This document shows positions 9,670 to 19,600 of a stretch of 64,000 nt of DNA, piece by piece; positions within the stretch are counted from its first letter, which is position 1, and each line of letters starts with the position of its first letter. The position numbers and the translations under genes are program-made. This DNA comes from Candidatus Gottesmanbacteria bacterium (GTDB lineage: Bacteria; Patescibacteriota; Microgenomatia; UBA10105; UBA927), in assembly GCA_963711735.1 (NCBI GenBank), contig CAVQFA010000003.1:146971-210970 (forward strand). Reading direction: 5' to 3'. The notes under the pieces are model-generated. The model was not told where the DNA came from. It did not search any database and worked only from the letters and a program-made list of their open reading frames with translations.

Positions 9670-10683
9670 TCACTTCGAAGACGGTTGCCCCGAAACAAGC
9701 GCAGTTATCTGAACAGGCTCCGTTTCGACAACCCCTTTACCACGAATAACATAAATTGGTAAAAGACGCGTCTGATTTGAAGAATAATAGTATGCAACTT
9801 CAATGTCGGTAACGGATATGTTTTTCGGAGCAGTTTTTAACAGAACAGGTTGAGCATTAGAAGACCCCACTAGGATATTTGATATTACAGAATGCCCGAG
9901 CATCAGATTATTGATGGCGTCTTGTGCTGAAATAACGGGAATTATACCCTTTTCTTCCGTCATTTCCGGAAGAATATACACCATAAACCCTATCGGTTCC
10001 TGGTTTGTGTTGAAACGGACCCACGCAGACGGCAGCTCAGCGTCTTTTACATATACAGGAACTCCTTGTAAAGACGCTTTAAAATCTACCTGAGCAACCG
10101 TTGCTAATGCAGATTTTGTTGTTTGAGTGTTTCCGCCGGACCCCGACTGAAAATATGTCGTTTTGCTGACAGAATATTGCAGGGATGGAGACAATAATCC
10201 CAACCCTTTTAAAAAAGAAAGCGCTGAGCTTTCGAGCTCTCCGGGTGATCTCATCCCTTTGGTGGAAGAGGTTGTGTTATTGATAAATGACACTTCCTGC
10301 GGATCACCGACGGAAGATAATGACTTTTTTTCTTTTGAATATAACATCATTTGTCCCCTTGTAGATTCTATGATTTTTGGTTGTTCGGTAAACCCGAGAG
10401 CAGCAGCCACGCGAGACAGAAGAGACGAAGCGTCCTTTTTTGACAGCACATACGAAGGTACGGCTGTGGGAAGTTGTGGTGTCTGATCAATAGTATAAAG
10501 AGGAATGTTGTTGACAACAGGCGTTGGAAAACGTGGGCGTTCAGACGGAAGAACCGTCGGTCGCGGAGCATTTATGCCCGGCTTACTCTGTCGGCGTTGT
10601 CCCAACCACGCGTTTAATACCCCGCCCAATATAAGCGCTACAACAAAAAGCGCACCAAGAAGAATAAGCTGTTTTTTTTCCAT
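9670..10683 (-). CDS. N-terminally anchored extracytoplasmic protein, last gene of the T4SS-like operon (possible VirB8-like role)
   Basis: Single N-terminal TM 'LILLGALFVVALILGGVLNAWL' followed by a ~300-aa domain. Position after the M23 hydrolase gene in the operon. Confidence 0.4.
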   Translation of the reverse strand: MEKKQLILLGALFVVALILGGVLNAWLGQRRQSKPGINAPRPTVLPSERPRFPTPVVNNIPLYTIDQTPQLPTAVPSYVLSKKDASSLLSRVAAALGFTEQPKIIESTRGQMMLYSKEKKSLSSVGDPQEVSFINNTTSSTKGMRSPGELESSALSFLKGLGLLSPSLQYSVSKTTYFQSGSGGNTQTTKSALATVAQVDFKASLQGVPVYVKDAELPSAWVRFNTNQEPIGFMVYILPEMTEEKGIIPVISAQDAINNLMLGHSVISNILVGSSNAQPVLLKTAPKNISVTDIEVAYYYSSNQTRLLPIYVIRGKGVVETEPVQITALVSGQPSSK

Positions 10684-10689
10684 ATGTCT

Positions 10690-13359
10690 TTACGGACAAC
10701 CGGCAGGCAGAAACGAAAAATCCGCCCCGCGCAGCTCATAGTGTAAATGTATTCCCGGACACCAGGACTCCCCACAGCCGGATCCATACGTCGACCCCGT
10801 TGCGTCCATAGTGCCGATTTCTTCTCCGGCATTAATTACAATGGGTGGTGTAGAGGGGTCATTATCGTGGGCGCTGTCATACGCCGTTTTTACTCTCGGG
10901 TCCACGGTTAATAAATGTGCGTACATTGTATAAAAGTTTGAACCCTCCGCACTCTTTGCAACCAGTATGACAAAATTACCATAACTTCCGTTTTCAAACG
11001 TGTTTGCGGGTATACCGTCGTGATATTGGGCAACAAATCCATCATGAGACGCGTATATTGGCGTTCCTTCGGCGTTGGCGATATCATATGCGTTGGCGTT
11101 TGAGTGGCTGAATGATCCGCCGGGAGATTGGGTAATCGTTCCGCTGGCAGGGCACGATGTGATTGTTGCTATAGGCGGCTCACCCTCTCCTGTATACGCC
11201 CATGACACAGGCACGCTGCTCCATGGTGCTCCGGGAACTTCAGGGCCTCCAGGGCCTGCCCCGACGGGTGCAATAAGGGCTGCATCACGGGCTATCTCCT
11301 GTGGAATTGTCCCTCCTGTTACCGATGAAAGACCCGGAACAAGTCCCGTAGAGAATAAAACAACACAAGCGATGATGGCAAGAGTTACGACAATTGGACC
11401 CTTATCTTCTTTAGGGAGAGTGCGTGTGCCTGTAAAATACTCAATACCGGCTTTGATGTATCTACCAATGAGGGGAAAAGCCTCACCGGTTTTTAATTTA
11501 TTAATGAAAGATGATCCGGCCCGGACAACAACATCTCCGACAACAAAACCCACAATTGCCCCGACAGGCCCTCCAAGCCAACCTATGGCTGATCCTATGA
11601 GTTTACCTAATGCGGTTGAACCGATTTTTGCTGAGATTCCGGTAATGAAAGTTGTAACAACTTTTTTAATTGCTGTCCCGGACGTCGTTTTTCCTGCAAC
11701 GCTAACAATTTCTTGTGTGGCTTTTTTTCCTGCACCCTTTGCTGTCAGCCGGAATACCCACTGAATAATATTACCTGTATCAAGTCCGAGAGACGGTCTG
11801 TCAGTTGTTTTCCTGTAACTTGCTCCTGCAAAATACACACGCAGAAGCTCTACTGTGTATATGACGGAATACCGCTCCTGTACGACAGAAAATACCGGCA
11901 TACCCCCCGTACCTGCTCCGGGAACGGGAAATGCGTATGGGAACACCTTCCTCCCGAGAAACATTGTTTTCAGAAGGCCAGCCGCAGCAGGTTCCGCAAA
12001 ACCCATTGTCCGTGGACCGGTAAGGACAGACATGAGAACGTCATCAACGGCACCACGCAACCCTTCAAGTTTGGGCTTAGGAACGCCGGCTATTTGAACA
12101 GAACGGAGTAGATCCCGGAAATCTTTTGAACCGGCAAGACTTGTACCGACAAGCTCGGCTAAACGCTCAGGTTTTGAGATGATGGAGCGAAGAGTCTCAC
12201 CAATAACCGCAGATTGAACATACATCTGTGCTTTTTCAGGGAGCAAACGCATTATTGCATCCGCTGTTTTTGCAGCGGGCGACGGAGAAAGAGACCGGAA
12301 AAAGGGGACCGGTGCGGATGCGGCAAGCCTGCGCGCGGAGTCGCCGTCAAGAGAAAGAGCGCGGACGGAATCGACAACGCCAATAGACGCATCAATTATG
12401 TGAGAGACTTCTGTTCCCTGATATGACGGTTCGTCTGCGACGCTTTTTACGGCAGCATAATAAACACCCGCACTTTCTGACTTCTCGGCTCCTTCTTCGA
12501 GCGACAGACGGGTCTGAAAAATATCTTCCTTCGAAGGAATCCGGTTGGGAAAAGCAGAGCGTAAAACGCGCGCATGCGCAATAATTTCTTCTCCATATAC
12601 TTTTTTATCTTTTGGTGTATAAGGAGTAAGAACAGCCGCCTCAACATATCCGACGCCGGGAGTTTTAATTATGGTTTCCATTTCCTGCGTAACTTCTTTT
12701 GCCGCAGCCCTTACGATTGTTTGTGCAACGGGAGGAGTTTGTGTGTGGGTTTGATCCTGAATTGTCTGAATCGCTGTTTCGGAAAGAGCATAGCATAAAA
12801 CGTCCCGTTCGTTCTGACCCGGAGCGACCTTTTCCAGTTGTTGCAGAAGCTCTGCCTCCTCACGTTTTTTAAGTTCATCCGCCACCCCCTCAGGAAGGAC
12901 TTCTGCATCCGGATGAGCGCGCCGTTCTATTCGCAACCTGTTTATGTATGCATCAACAAGCCGCCGGACGGATTCTGCTTCTAACCCCCTTTGTTTAACA
13001 GTCAGCGTCCTTGCTTTTTCATATTCTTCCTGAATAAGAGCAAGCTCAGCCGTTGGCACATAACTTTCCACATGCTGTTCAGCAGCCTCTTCACTTTTAT
13101 GAATCGTCAGAAGCCTGGAATGTATCTTACCGGAAAAATCATTGAACGCACGCGTAAACGCTTCGTTGTCAAATGATAACGGAGTAGCGTCTGTTGTGAT
13201 GGCGGAATAAAATTCTTCGTACGCCCTCCGGATTTCCTCGTCGGTTTGGGTTTGCGCGTAAAGGATAAGCTTGAGAGCCGACACTCCCAAAGACGACGGG
13301 GTTTCCGCAAGAACAGCAAAATCCAGGGCTTTTTCGGAGATATCAGTTTGATCTGCCAT
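10690..13359 (-). CDS. large membrane protein with C-terminal M23 (LytM-type) peptidoglycan endopeptidase domain
   Basis: C-terminus 'GTPIYASHDGFV...GNFVIL...YAHL...AGEEIGTMDATGSTYGSG...PGIHLHYEL' matches M23 motifs. Central TM helices are preceded by a ~550-aa N-terminal domain. Confidence 0.8.
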   Translation of the reverse strand: MADQTDISEKALDFAVLAETPSSLGVSALKLILYAQTQTDEEIRRAYEEFYSAITTDATPLSFDNEAFTRAFNDFSGKIHSRLLTIHKSEEAAEQHVESYVPTAELALIQEEYEKARTLTVKQRGLEAESVRRLVDAYINRLRIERRAHPDAEVLPEGVADELKKREEAELLQQLEKVAPGQNERDVLCYALSETAIQTIQDQTHTQTPPVAQTIVRAAAKEVTQEMETIIKTPGVGYVEAAVLTPYTPKDKKVYGEEIIAHARVLRSAFPNRIPSKEDIFQTRLSLEEGAEKSESAGVYYAAVKSVADEPSYQGTEVSHIIDASIGVVDSVRALSLDGDSARRLAASAPVPFFRSLSPSPAAKTADAIMRLLPEKAQMYVQSAVIGETLRSIISKPERLAELVGTSLAGSKDFRDLLRSVQIAGVPKPKLEGLRGAVDDVLMSVLTGPRTMGFAEPAAAGLLKTMFLGRKVFPYAFPVPGAGTGGMPVFSVVQERYSVIYTVELLRVYFAGASYRKTTDRPSLGLDTGNIIQWVFRLTAKGAGKKATQEIVSVAGKTTSGTAIKKVVTTFITGISAKIGSTALGKLIGSAIGWLGGPVGAIVGFVVGDVVVRAGSSFINKLKTGEAFPLIGRYIKAGIEYFTGTRTLPKEDKGPIVVTLAIIACVVLFSTGLVPGLSSVTGGTIPQEIARDAALIAPVGAGPGGPEVPGAPWSSVPVSWAYTGEGEPPIATITSCPASGTITQSPGGSFSHSNANAYDIANAEGTPIYASHDGFVAQYHDGIPANTFENGSYGNFVILVAKSAEGSNFYTMYAHLLTVDPRVKTAYDSAHDNDPSTPPIVINAGEEIGTMDATGSTYGSGCGESWCPGIHLHYELRGADFSFLPAGCP

Positions 13360-13389
13360 ACCACTCTCTATTATAGCGTAAACATCTCT

Positions 13390-15285
13390 CTATAATTTGT
13401 TCTGGGAAGTCTGTTCGACGGTAAAAATCGGGCGGGAGTTGTTTGTTTTTTTAGGTTGAATAATTTCCGGTGCGGGTATGGGTTCTTTCTTTTGAGGCAC
13501 AACCGTTTTTCTCTCCGCAATTTCCTGCGGTTTTGTCGTTGCTATGGCGTGTTCTTCGGGAGACGCGATGATCCGGACAGCCGCGTGAGCCGGGCCGGCA
13601 AAGAAAAGCCCTTCTCCGACGTCGGCAGAAAGAAGGAGGTGTTTTTCTCCCTCAGAAAGATAAAATATTTCCGCAACTTTATCTATTGCCGCTGAAGACT
13701 GTTTGAGCAGAAGCTGCATGCTTGAGTTTTGGATGATTGCCTTGCCGAGATCCTGTGACAGGAAATCTTCAACATCCTGGGTTATTGTTGTCACCCCGAG
13801 GTAATACTTGCGCGCGCGTTTGGCTATGGAGTTTAAAAATTGCGCTGAGTCGGGATACTTCATCATATACCAGGCCTCATCAACTATAAGGAGTCTCCGT
13901 TTAATGTCCCTTCGGATCCTGTTCCATATATAATCAAGGATGAGGTACATGGCGATAGGACGAAGTTCATCCTCAAGATCACGGATGGAAAAAACCGTAA
14001 GCTGATTATTGATGTTGACGTTGGTGTGTTGGTCAAATACACCGACAAGCGATCCTTTTACGAATTTTTCTATCCGGTCAGCAAGCCCCCGGGACACCGC
14101 ATCTTCCATACCGATGAGTGTTTTATATAAATCTTCTACCAAAGGAGGCTCGCGTGTATGGGTGGCCGGATCCGGCGTTATGCCTTTTTGCTTGTACGTG
14201 AGTATTAGAGCACGGTCAAGGATTGCATCTTCGCTCGGCGTAAGCTCGCCCATGACAACACGGAAAAACCCATGAAGCGACAACACTTTCTGGGAAAGTT
14301 CGCTTTCTCCGCTTATGCCTCCTGAGAGGGCAGTCAGATCAAAAGGATTTATTTTTGTTCCGGAGGAAAACGTAAACTGGATAAGAGTCCCTCCGAGAGC
14401 CTGGGTTAAAGGACCGTACTCATTTTCCGGATCAATGACGATAACCTCAGTGTTAAACATCATTGACCTGAGAATTTCAAGCTTAATGCAGTATGATTTT
14501 CCGGCACCGGATTTACCGAACACAACAGCGTTTGCGTTTTCAAGCGTAAAACGGTCAAAAATAACAAGAGATTCATTCCCCTCATTGATGCCGTAAAGGA
14601 TGCCCTCGTTTGCCGTCAGCTCTGATGTGGTGAATGGAAATGTAGTGGCAAGCGACGTGGTGTCCATATTGCGCGTAACAACAATCCTGTCCTGGGCCAT
14701 TGGAAGCGTTGTTTTAAATCCCTCTTCGGACTGCAGAAGAGTTTTTTTTGTCATAATCAGAAGTGAGGCGAGAGTTGCCTCAATCTGTTTTGTGGTTTTA
14801 TTAAGTTCCTCAATTGATTCAGCTGGAATGGTGATATAGAGTCCAAACTGGAAAAACCGTTCCGAGCCCTTGGCAAGCTCCTGTTGGAGAGAAAGCGCGT
14901 CCTCGAGAGCAACCTGTATGGAGGGTTCCACCACACGCCCGCGCTTGAAGTCCGACTGGATAGTGGCTTCCATTTCACCCACTTTCCGCTTGAGGTTTTC
15001 AAGAACCTCCTCAGAACGCGTCGGATAGATAAACATGGATATCTCGAGAGCATGGTTAAAAGAGATGATTGGCTCGAGCCAGTTGGCGCTTACGAACCTC
15101 GGGTACCCCGCAACAAAAAGTGTCCTGTGGTACTTTTCACCCACTTTTATATTGTCGAAATCTACCTCAATGGACGGAGGCGCGATAATGTCTGCTGTTG
15201 TCATCGGTCCGGTTGGTTCAGCTCCGGACGCGCTTTGTGTTTGATTGGGATTTATGATGGTGTCGAGCAGTTTTGGCAGGTTCAT
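13390..15285 (-). CDS. virB4: VirB4/TrbE/TraE-family type IV secretion ATPase
   Basis: Walker A 'VVFGKSGAGKSYCI', Walker B 'RRLLIVDEAWYMM'. N-terminal 'YHRTLFVAGYPRFVSANWLEPIISFNHALEISMFIYP' resembles Gram-positive VirB4 homologs. Confidence 0.8.
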   Translation of the reverse strand: MNLPKLLDTIINPNQTQSASGAEPTGPMTTADIIAPPSIEVDFDNIKVGEKYHRTLFVAGYPRFVSANWLEPIISFNHALEISMFIYPTRSEEVLENLKRKVGEMEATIQSDFKRGRVVEPSIQVALEDALSLQQELAKGSERFFQFGLYITIPAESIEELNKTTKQIEATLASLLIMTKKTLLQSEEGFKTTLPMAQDRIVVTRNMDTTSLATTFPFTTSELTANEGILYGINEGNESLVIFDRFTLENANAVVFGKSGAGKSYCIKLEILRSMMFNTEVIVIDPENEYGPLTQALGGTLIQFTFSSGTKINPFDLTALSGGISGESELSQKVLSLHGFFRVVMGELTPSEDAILDRALILTYKQKGITPDPATHTREPPLVEDLYKTLIGMEDAVSRGLADRIEKFVKGSLVGVFDQHTNVNINNQLTVFSIRDLEDELRPIAMYLILDYIWNRIRRDIKRRLLIVDEAWYMMKYPDSAQFLNSIAKRARKYYLGVTTITQDVEDFLSQDLGKAIIQNSSMQLLLKQSSAAIDKVAEIFYLSEGEKHLLLSADVGEGLFFAGPAHAAVRIIASPEEHAIATTKPQEIAERKTVVPQKKEPIPAPEIIQPKKTNNSRPIFTVEQTSQNKL

Positions 15286-15289
15286 ACTG

Positions 15290-16001
15290 TTATGATGACG
15301 GGTTTACCCCGGGCGATGTCGCGGGGTTTATTTTGGGCGCCTCAATGTGTCCGCCCTGGTTTTGTACAAGTCCGGCAGTGAGCGGCTGTCCGGGATTATA
15401 GATGGTAAAAAATAACTGTGACAGTTCGTCGTTTGTAAGCTGGTGGGCACGAAGTCCGAGCCTGGATACGAGACGGATAACATGATCTTTCTTCGGCGTA
15501 AGAACCGTGAGGGCTTTCTCGATAATATATTCTTTCGGATACGGCAACCCCCGCGCTTTTCCGCCAAAAAGCACTTTCGTGGATGTTCCAAGCTCCAGAG
15601 AGGAAAACGGGATGACCACATAAAACTTTTTATCCAGTACGTCTTTTTCTTTTACCGTTGACGCGACAAAAGTTTTATATGCATTGATACTGTTTTTCAG
15701 TTTTTGATTTGTTTGTTTACCCTCCTGATCATCAAGGAGCTTAAGGTAGGATGAGATATCTTTCCGTTGTGTCCGGACAAGTACTTGGATCGGAAAGGAC
15801 AGTGAGTTGAGAAGTCCCGCGTACGCATAAATGATTGCTTCGCGTTCCTTTTCGGACAAGCAACCCAAAATTTACGGCCGTTGTCGTGACGATCAACGTG
15901 CACGATCCGTCGGCAAATAGAACAATATCGCGGACTATGTCGTTTATTTCAGTAAAACGCTGTGTTGATGCTTTGATAGGAACAACTGGTTTTTGTTTCA
16001 T
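15290..16001 (-). CDS. T4SS-associated protein directly upstream of virB4, apparently frame-broken (ORFs 15741..16001 and 15290..15868)
   Basis: The 86-aa ORF 'MKQKPVVPIKASTQRFTEINDIVRDIVLFADGSCTLIVTTTAVNFGLL' continues in another frame as '...SEKEREAIIYAYAGLLNSLSFPIQVLVRTQ'. The break sits at the homopolymer run 'aaattttggg' near 15868. Confidence 0.45.
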
Positions 16002-16009
16002 ACGGGTAC

Positions 16010-17284
16010 TTATGTTTGATTTTGTCCGAATACTTCCTTGGCAAGTTTTTCCCTCGACAGCTCTTTTTGGCTTTTAGCAATAATCTCTATTGGAGGGAGC
16101 ACTGTACCGGAAAGTGTAATCTGTGCACGGTCGAACACAAACCGGTTTCTCGGATCTTCCACCTCGATAATATACGTGTTATTAGGCAGGGGGCTTGCGG
16201 CGGCAAACTGACCAAGGCGGTTTGTCTTAAGAGCACGAACCGGCACATCATCTTTATCCCGTACGGTAACCAGAACGCTTGGAAGCAAATTGTTTTCATG
16301 ATCCTTGATGATTCCCGTTACGACATTTGGAAACGTTGTGAGTTTCGGGAGTCCCGCCCGGATTGCGCTGTCCGGCGTTATGACATTAACCGATGGTTTT
16401 GAGGGCTGTTGCATTTCTTGTGCAACGCGGTTGGGTGTCTGCTGCGGTTTTTGTGTTTGTGCAGACGAAAGCTGGATACGGAGTTTTGTTATCTCGTCCT
16501 GGGTTTTGTTTTTATCCGTCAGAGCGCCCGTTAATTCTTTTTGAAGCTCTACGATACGCTGTTCGTTTTGTGTCTTTTTTTGCAGCTCTCCGCGAAGCGC
16601 AGAAAGTTCTTTTTTGAGAAGTTCCATCTCGGGATTTATTTCGGGAGTTTCCGCTTTCAGCGGGGTCGGTTCCGTCGGCACCTGTGTCTTATGAGTCGGA
16701 GGTAAAGGCGTCTTTACGCCTATCGGAGAAAAATTTTGAACACTCGGCATAGGCGTTGTTGTTGAAGGGGTTGTGCGTTTTACTTCAGTCTTTAGAGCCG
16801 GATTTTTGTTTTGCGTTGACGGAAAAAATCCCGGGAGCACTCCGGGAAAACGAGGTTGGGTTTGAGATGCTGATGGCGGAGGAAGGGTTGCCTCTTGTTT
16901 TGCAGAAGGTGTGTGATGTGTGACAGATCCCGCACTGTTACCCTGTGGTGGCTTGGTTGGAGATGCCTGCACAGGCTTTTGTGTCGGAGTCGGAACAACT
17001 TCGCGCTTCCACACATAGAGAGTCGGACTATAGATGCTCTTGATAAACGCGAGAATCCAGACATCCATCGGACGCTCTTCAATCGGAATAAACGCCAAAC
17101 CAAATCCAAGAAGAAACACCCCAACCCCGAGGGGGAAGGTAAAAATCACAGGGAGAGGAAGTTTATAGCATACATACCCGACAATGGCTCCGAGAGCTAA
17201 ATACCCGAACTGTTTGAGAGTCATGTCACCTATGAGGCGAAACTGAAAAGTAGTGACATTTTGCGGGACAGGATGTTGTTCCAT
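16010..17284 (-). CDS. membrane protein with 2 N-terminal TM, Pro/Thr/Gln-rich linker, coiled coil and C-terminal domain (VirB10-like architecture; hypothetical)
   Basis: 'LKQFGYLALGAIVGYVCYKLPLPVIFTFPLGVGVFLLGFGLAFIPI', then a P/T/Q-rich linker, then coiled coil 'ELLKKELSALRGELQKKTQNEQRIVELQKEL'. First gene of the minus-strand operon. Confidence 0.5.
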   Translation of the reverse strand: MEQHPVPQNVTTFQFRLIGDMTLKQFGYLALGAIVGYVCYKLPLPVIFTFPLGVGVFLLGFGLAFIPIEERPMDVWILAFIKSIYSPTLYVWKREVVPTPTQKPVQASPTKPPQGNSAGSVTHHTPSAKQEATLPPPSASQTQPRFPGVLPGFFPSTQNKNPALKTEVKRTTPSTTTPMPSVQNFSPIGVKTPLPPTHKTQVPTEPTPLKAETPEINPEMELLKKELSALRGELQKKTQNEQRIVELQKELTGALTDKNKTQDEITKLRIQLSSAQTQKPQQTPNRVAQEMQQPSKPSVNVITPDSAIRAGLPKLTTFPNVVTGIIKDHENNLLPSVLVTVRDKDDVPVRALKTNRLGQFAAASPLPNNTYIIEVEDPRNRFVFDRAQITLSGTVLPPIEIIAKSQKELSREKLAKEVFGQNQT

Positions 17285-17426
17285 ACGGTTGTTTTCGTAT
17301 GATCATTGTAGGTTTTACCTCGCATTGTTTGCAAGTAGGAAAAGCGCATCAGAATCGTGAAAACTCTACATTTTACTTTTCACGACATGTTCCCAACGGG
17401 AACACACGCTGTGATATCATACATAT

Positions 17427-19598
17427 ATGGATTCGCGAATACTCCTTGAAGTGAAAAACTCCCGCGATTCGGAGGAACCTGTTGTTGCTATGGAGCAGGC
17501 CCTTTCCGCCCTTGGATCGGGACACGGACGCAGGAATTTTCTGTCAGAACTTCTGTTTGGGTTGCACGACGATAAATGGATGTGTCTCGAGATAATTGTT
17601 GCCTCATCACGCATACATTTTTTCGTTTCACTCCCTCCGCATTTGGAGACTGCATTTGTAAGTCAGATAACCGCGGTATATCCCAAAATTACCCTTACTC
17701 CCGTGGGGGAGTATATAGAGAAACTTCTGTTATTGCCGCATGCGTCGGGGCAACTGGTGTTCGGAGCACCGTTTTACTACCCCCTCAAAACACATAAAGA
17801 CGTTGCAGACCTCGATACGCTGGCAGGCATCGTCGGCCAATTATCCCGTGTGCCCGACGACCAGTGCGTGCTTGTACAGTACCGGATATCTCCAGCAGGA
17901 TCATCATGGCGTCATACGGCCCAGTCAATCATAAGCAAGGGTATTCAGGATATGTCCTACCCCGAACGGACCAAAGCACACCCTCAGGCCCGCATCATCG
18001 AGAGAAAAGCAAGCGAAACCGGATATGAAACAGGCGTGAGAATTGTAGCAACCGCTCCGGATAAGGAACGCGCAGAAATACAGATGCAGTCGGTAGCCGG
18101 AGCATTCGGAATATTTTCGCTCGGGGAGGGAAACAGTTTGCAGCTCAAAGAACCGTTGTTTTGGCAGAAAACAAAGCTCGACAAAGCAATTACCCAAAGG
18201 AGCGGTTACCTTATCCCACGTAACCACGTTTTTTCCGTTTCCGAGCTTGCAACCCTCTGGCATCCTCCCGGACTTGCGCTTGCTGCGATAAAAAATATCG
18301 CGTGGGGAACGCGTTTGTCCGGCGAAGCACCGGAAAACCTACCCATTACAGTGGGTAAAGAAGAGGAAGATGCAAAAATAAACTTTTTTGCCCGTACGGA
18401 ATATAAAAACAAGCTTTCGACATTCGGTATTAAAAAAGAAGACAGGAGAAAACATGTCTATATGGTCGGAAAAACCGGCACCGGCAAATCAACCGTTATT
18501 GCCAACATGGCGATTAACGACATGAGACACGGAGAGGGTCTTGCGGTTGTTGACCCGCACGGGGATTTATGTGAAACGATTCTTGACTACGTGCCGTCAT
18601 TCCGGATCAATGATGTGGCATACCTCAATCCTTCCGATGTAGAATATCCGTTTCACCTCAATCCTCTTGAAGTGAAAAATTCCACTTACCGCGAGCTTGT
18701 AACTTCCGGAATCGTGTCGATTTTTTATAAACTGTACCACTACAGCTGGGGACCGAGGCTCGAGTATATTTTACGCAACGCCATCTCGACGCTTCTGACG
18801 GTTCCCGATTCTACGCTCCTTTCCGTGCCGGACATCCTCACCAACGATGCGTTCCGTGCAAAAACAATTGAAAAGCTTGATGACAGGGTGCTCAAAAATT
18901 TCTGGCTGAACGAGTTTAACAAGATGACGCCTCAGATCCGCATTGAATCCATTTCACCGATTCTCAACAAGGTCGGGCAATTTCTCACGTCCCAAACCAT
19001 CCGGAATATAGTCGGAAGTCCGGTGTCTACAATTGACCTTGAAACAATGATGAACGAAGGGAAAATCGTGATAGTTAATCTGTCGCAGGGTAAACTCGGT
19101 GAGGACTCAAGTGCGCTTCTCGGGTCCATGATCATCACTAAGTTTCAGCTTGCTGCTATGAACAGGGTGTATACGACGGAAAAAGAAAGACACGATTTTT
19201 ATCTCTACGTAGATGAGTTTCAGAACTTTGCAACAAACTCATTCATCAAAATTCTTTCCGAGGCGCGAAAGTACAGACTTAATCTCATGCTTGCCAATCA
19301 GTATATCGGGCAGATTGATGAGGAAGTACAAAAAGCGATATTCGGAAACGCAGGGTCTCTTATATCCTTCGGAGTCGGTGCGGCTGACGCACGGCTCCTT
19401 TCACGCGAGTTCGGTACGAAGTATACGGAAGATGAACTCGTTGCTATGGGAAATTATGAAATAGCACTCAAACTTTCTATCGACAATCACACATCCCATC
19501 CTTTTTCCGGTATGACGCTGCCGTTGCCGAAAAGCAAAAACCAAAACAGGGAAAAGGTCATCCGTGCAAGCCGCGAACGGTACTGCAAAAAGATATAA
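17427..19598 (+). CDS. VirD4/TraG/TraD-family type IV coupling-protein-like ATPase (T4SS DNA-binding domain family)
   Basis: Walker A 'YMVGKTGTGKSTVIANM', 'DFYLYVDEFQNFAT' and 'LSEARKYRLNLMLANQYIGQ'. No obvious N-terminal TM helices. Confidence 0.75.
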   Translation: MDSRILLEVKNSRDSEEPVVAMEQALSALGSGHGRRNFLSELLFGLHDDKWMCLEIIVASSRIHFFVSLPPHLETAFVSQITAVYPKITLTPVGEYIEKLLLLPHASGQLVFGAPFYYPLKTHKDVADLDTLAGIVGQLSRVPDDQCVLVQYRISPAGSSWRHTAQSIISKGIQDMSYPERTKAHPQARIIERKASETGYETGVRIVATAPDKERAEIQMQSVAGAFGIFSLGEGNSLQLKEPLFWQKTKLDKAITQRSGYLIPRNHVFSVSELATLWHPPGLALAAIKNIAWGTRLSGEAPENLPITVGKEEEDAKINFFARTEYKNKLSTFGIKKEDRRKHVYMVGKTGTGKSTVIANMAINDMRHGEGLAVVDPHGDLCETILDYVPSFRINDVAYLNPSDVEYPFHLNPLEVKNSTYRELVTSGIVSIFYKLYHYSWGPRLEYILRNAISTLLTVPDSTLLSVPDILTNDAFRAKTIEKLDDRVLKNFWLNEFNKMTPQIRIESISPILNKVGQFLTSQTIRNIVGSPVSTIDLETMMNEGKIVIVNLSQGKLGEDSSALLGSMIITKFQLAAMNRVYTTEKERHDFYLYVDEFQNFATNSFIKILSEARKYRLNLMLANQYIGQIDEEVQKAIFGNAGSLISFGVGAADARLLSREFGTKYTEDELVAMGNYEIALKLSIDNHTSHPFSGMTLPLPKSKNQNREKVIRASRERYCKKI

Positions 19599-19600
19599 AC

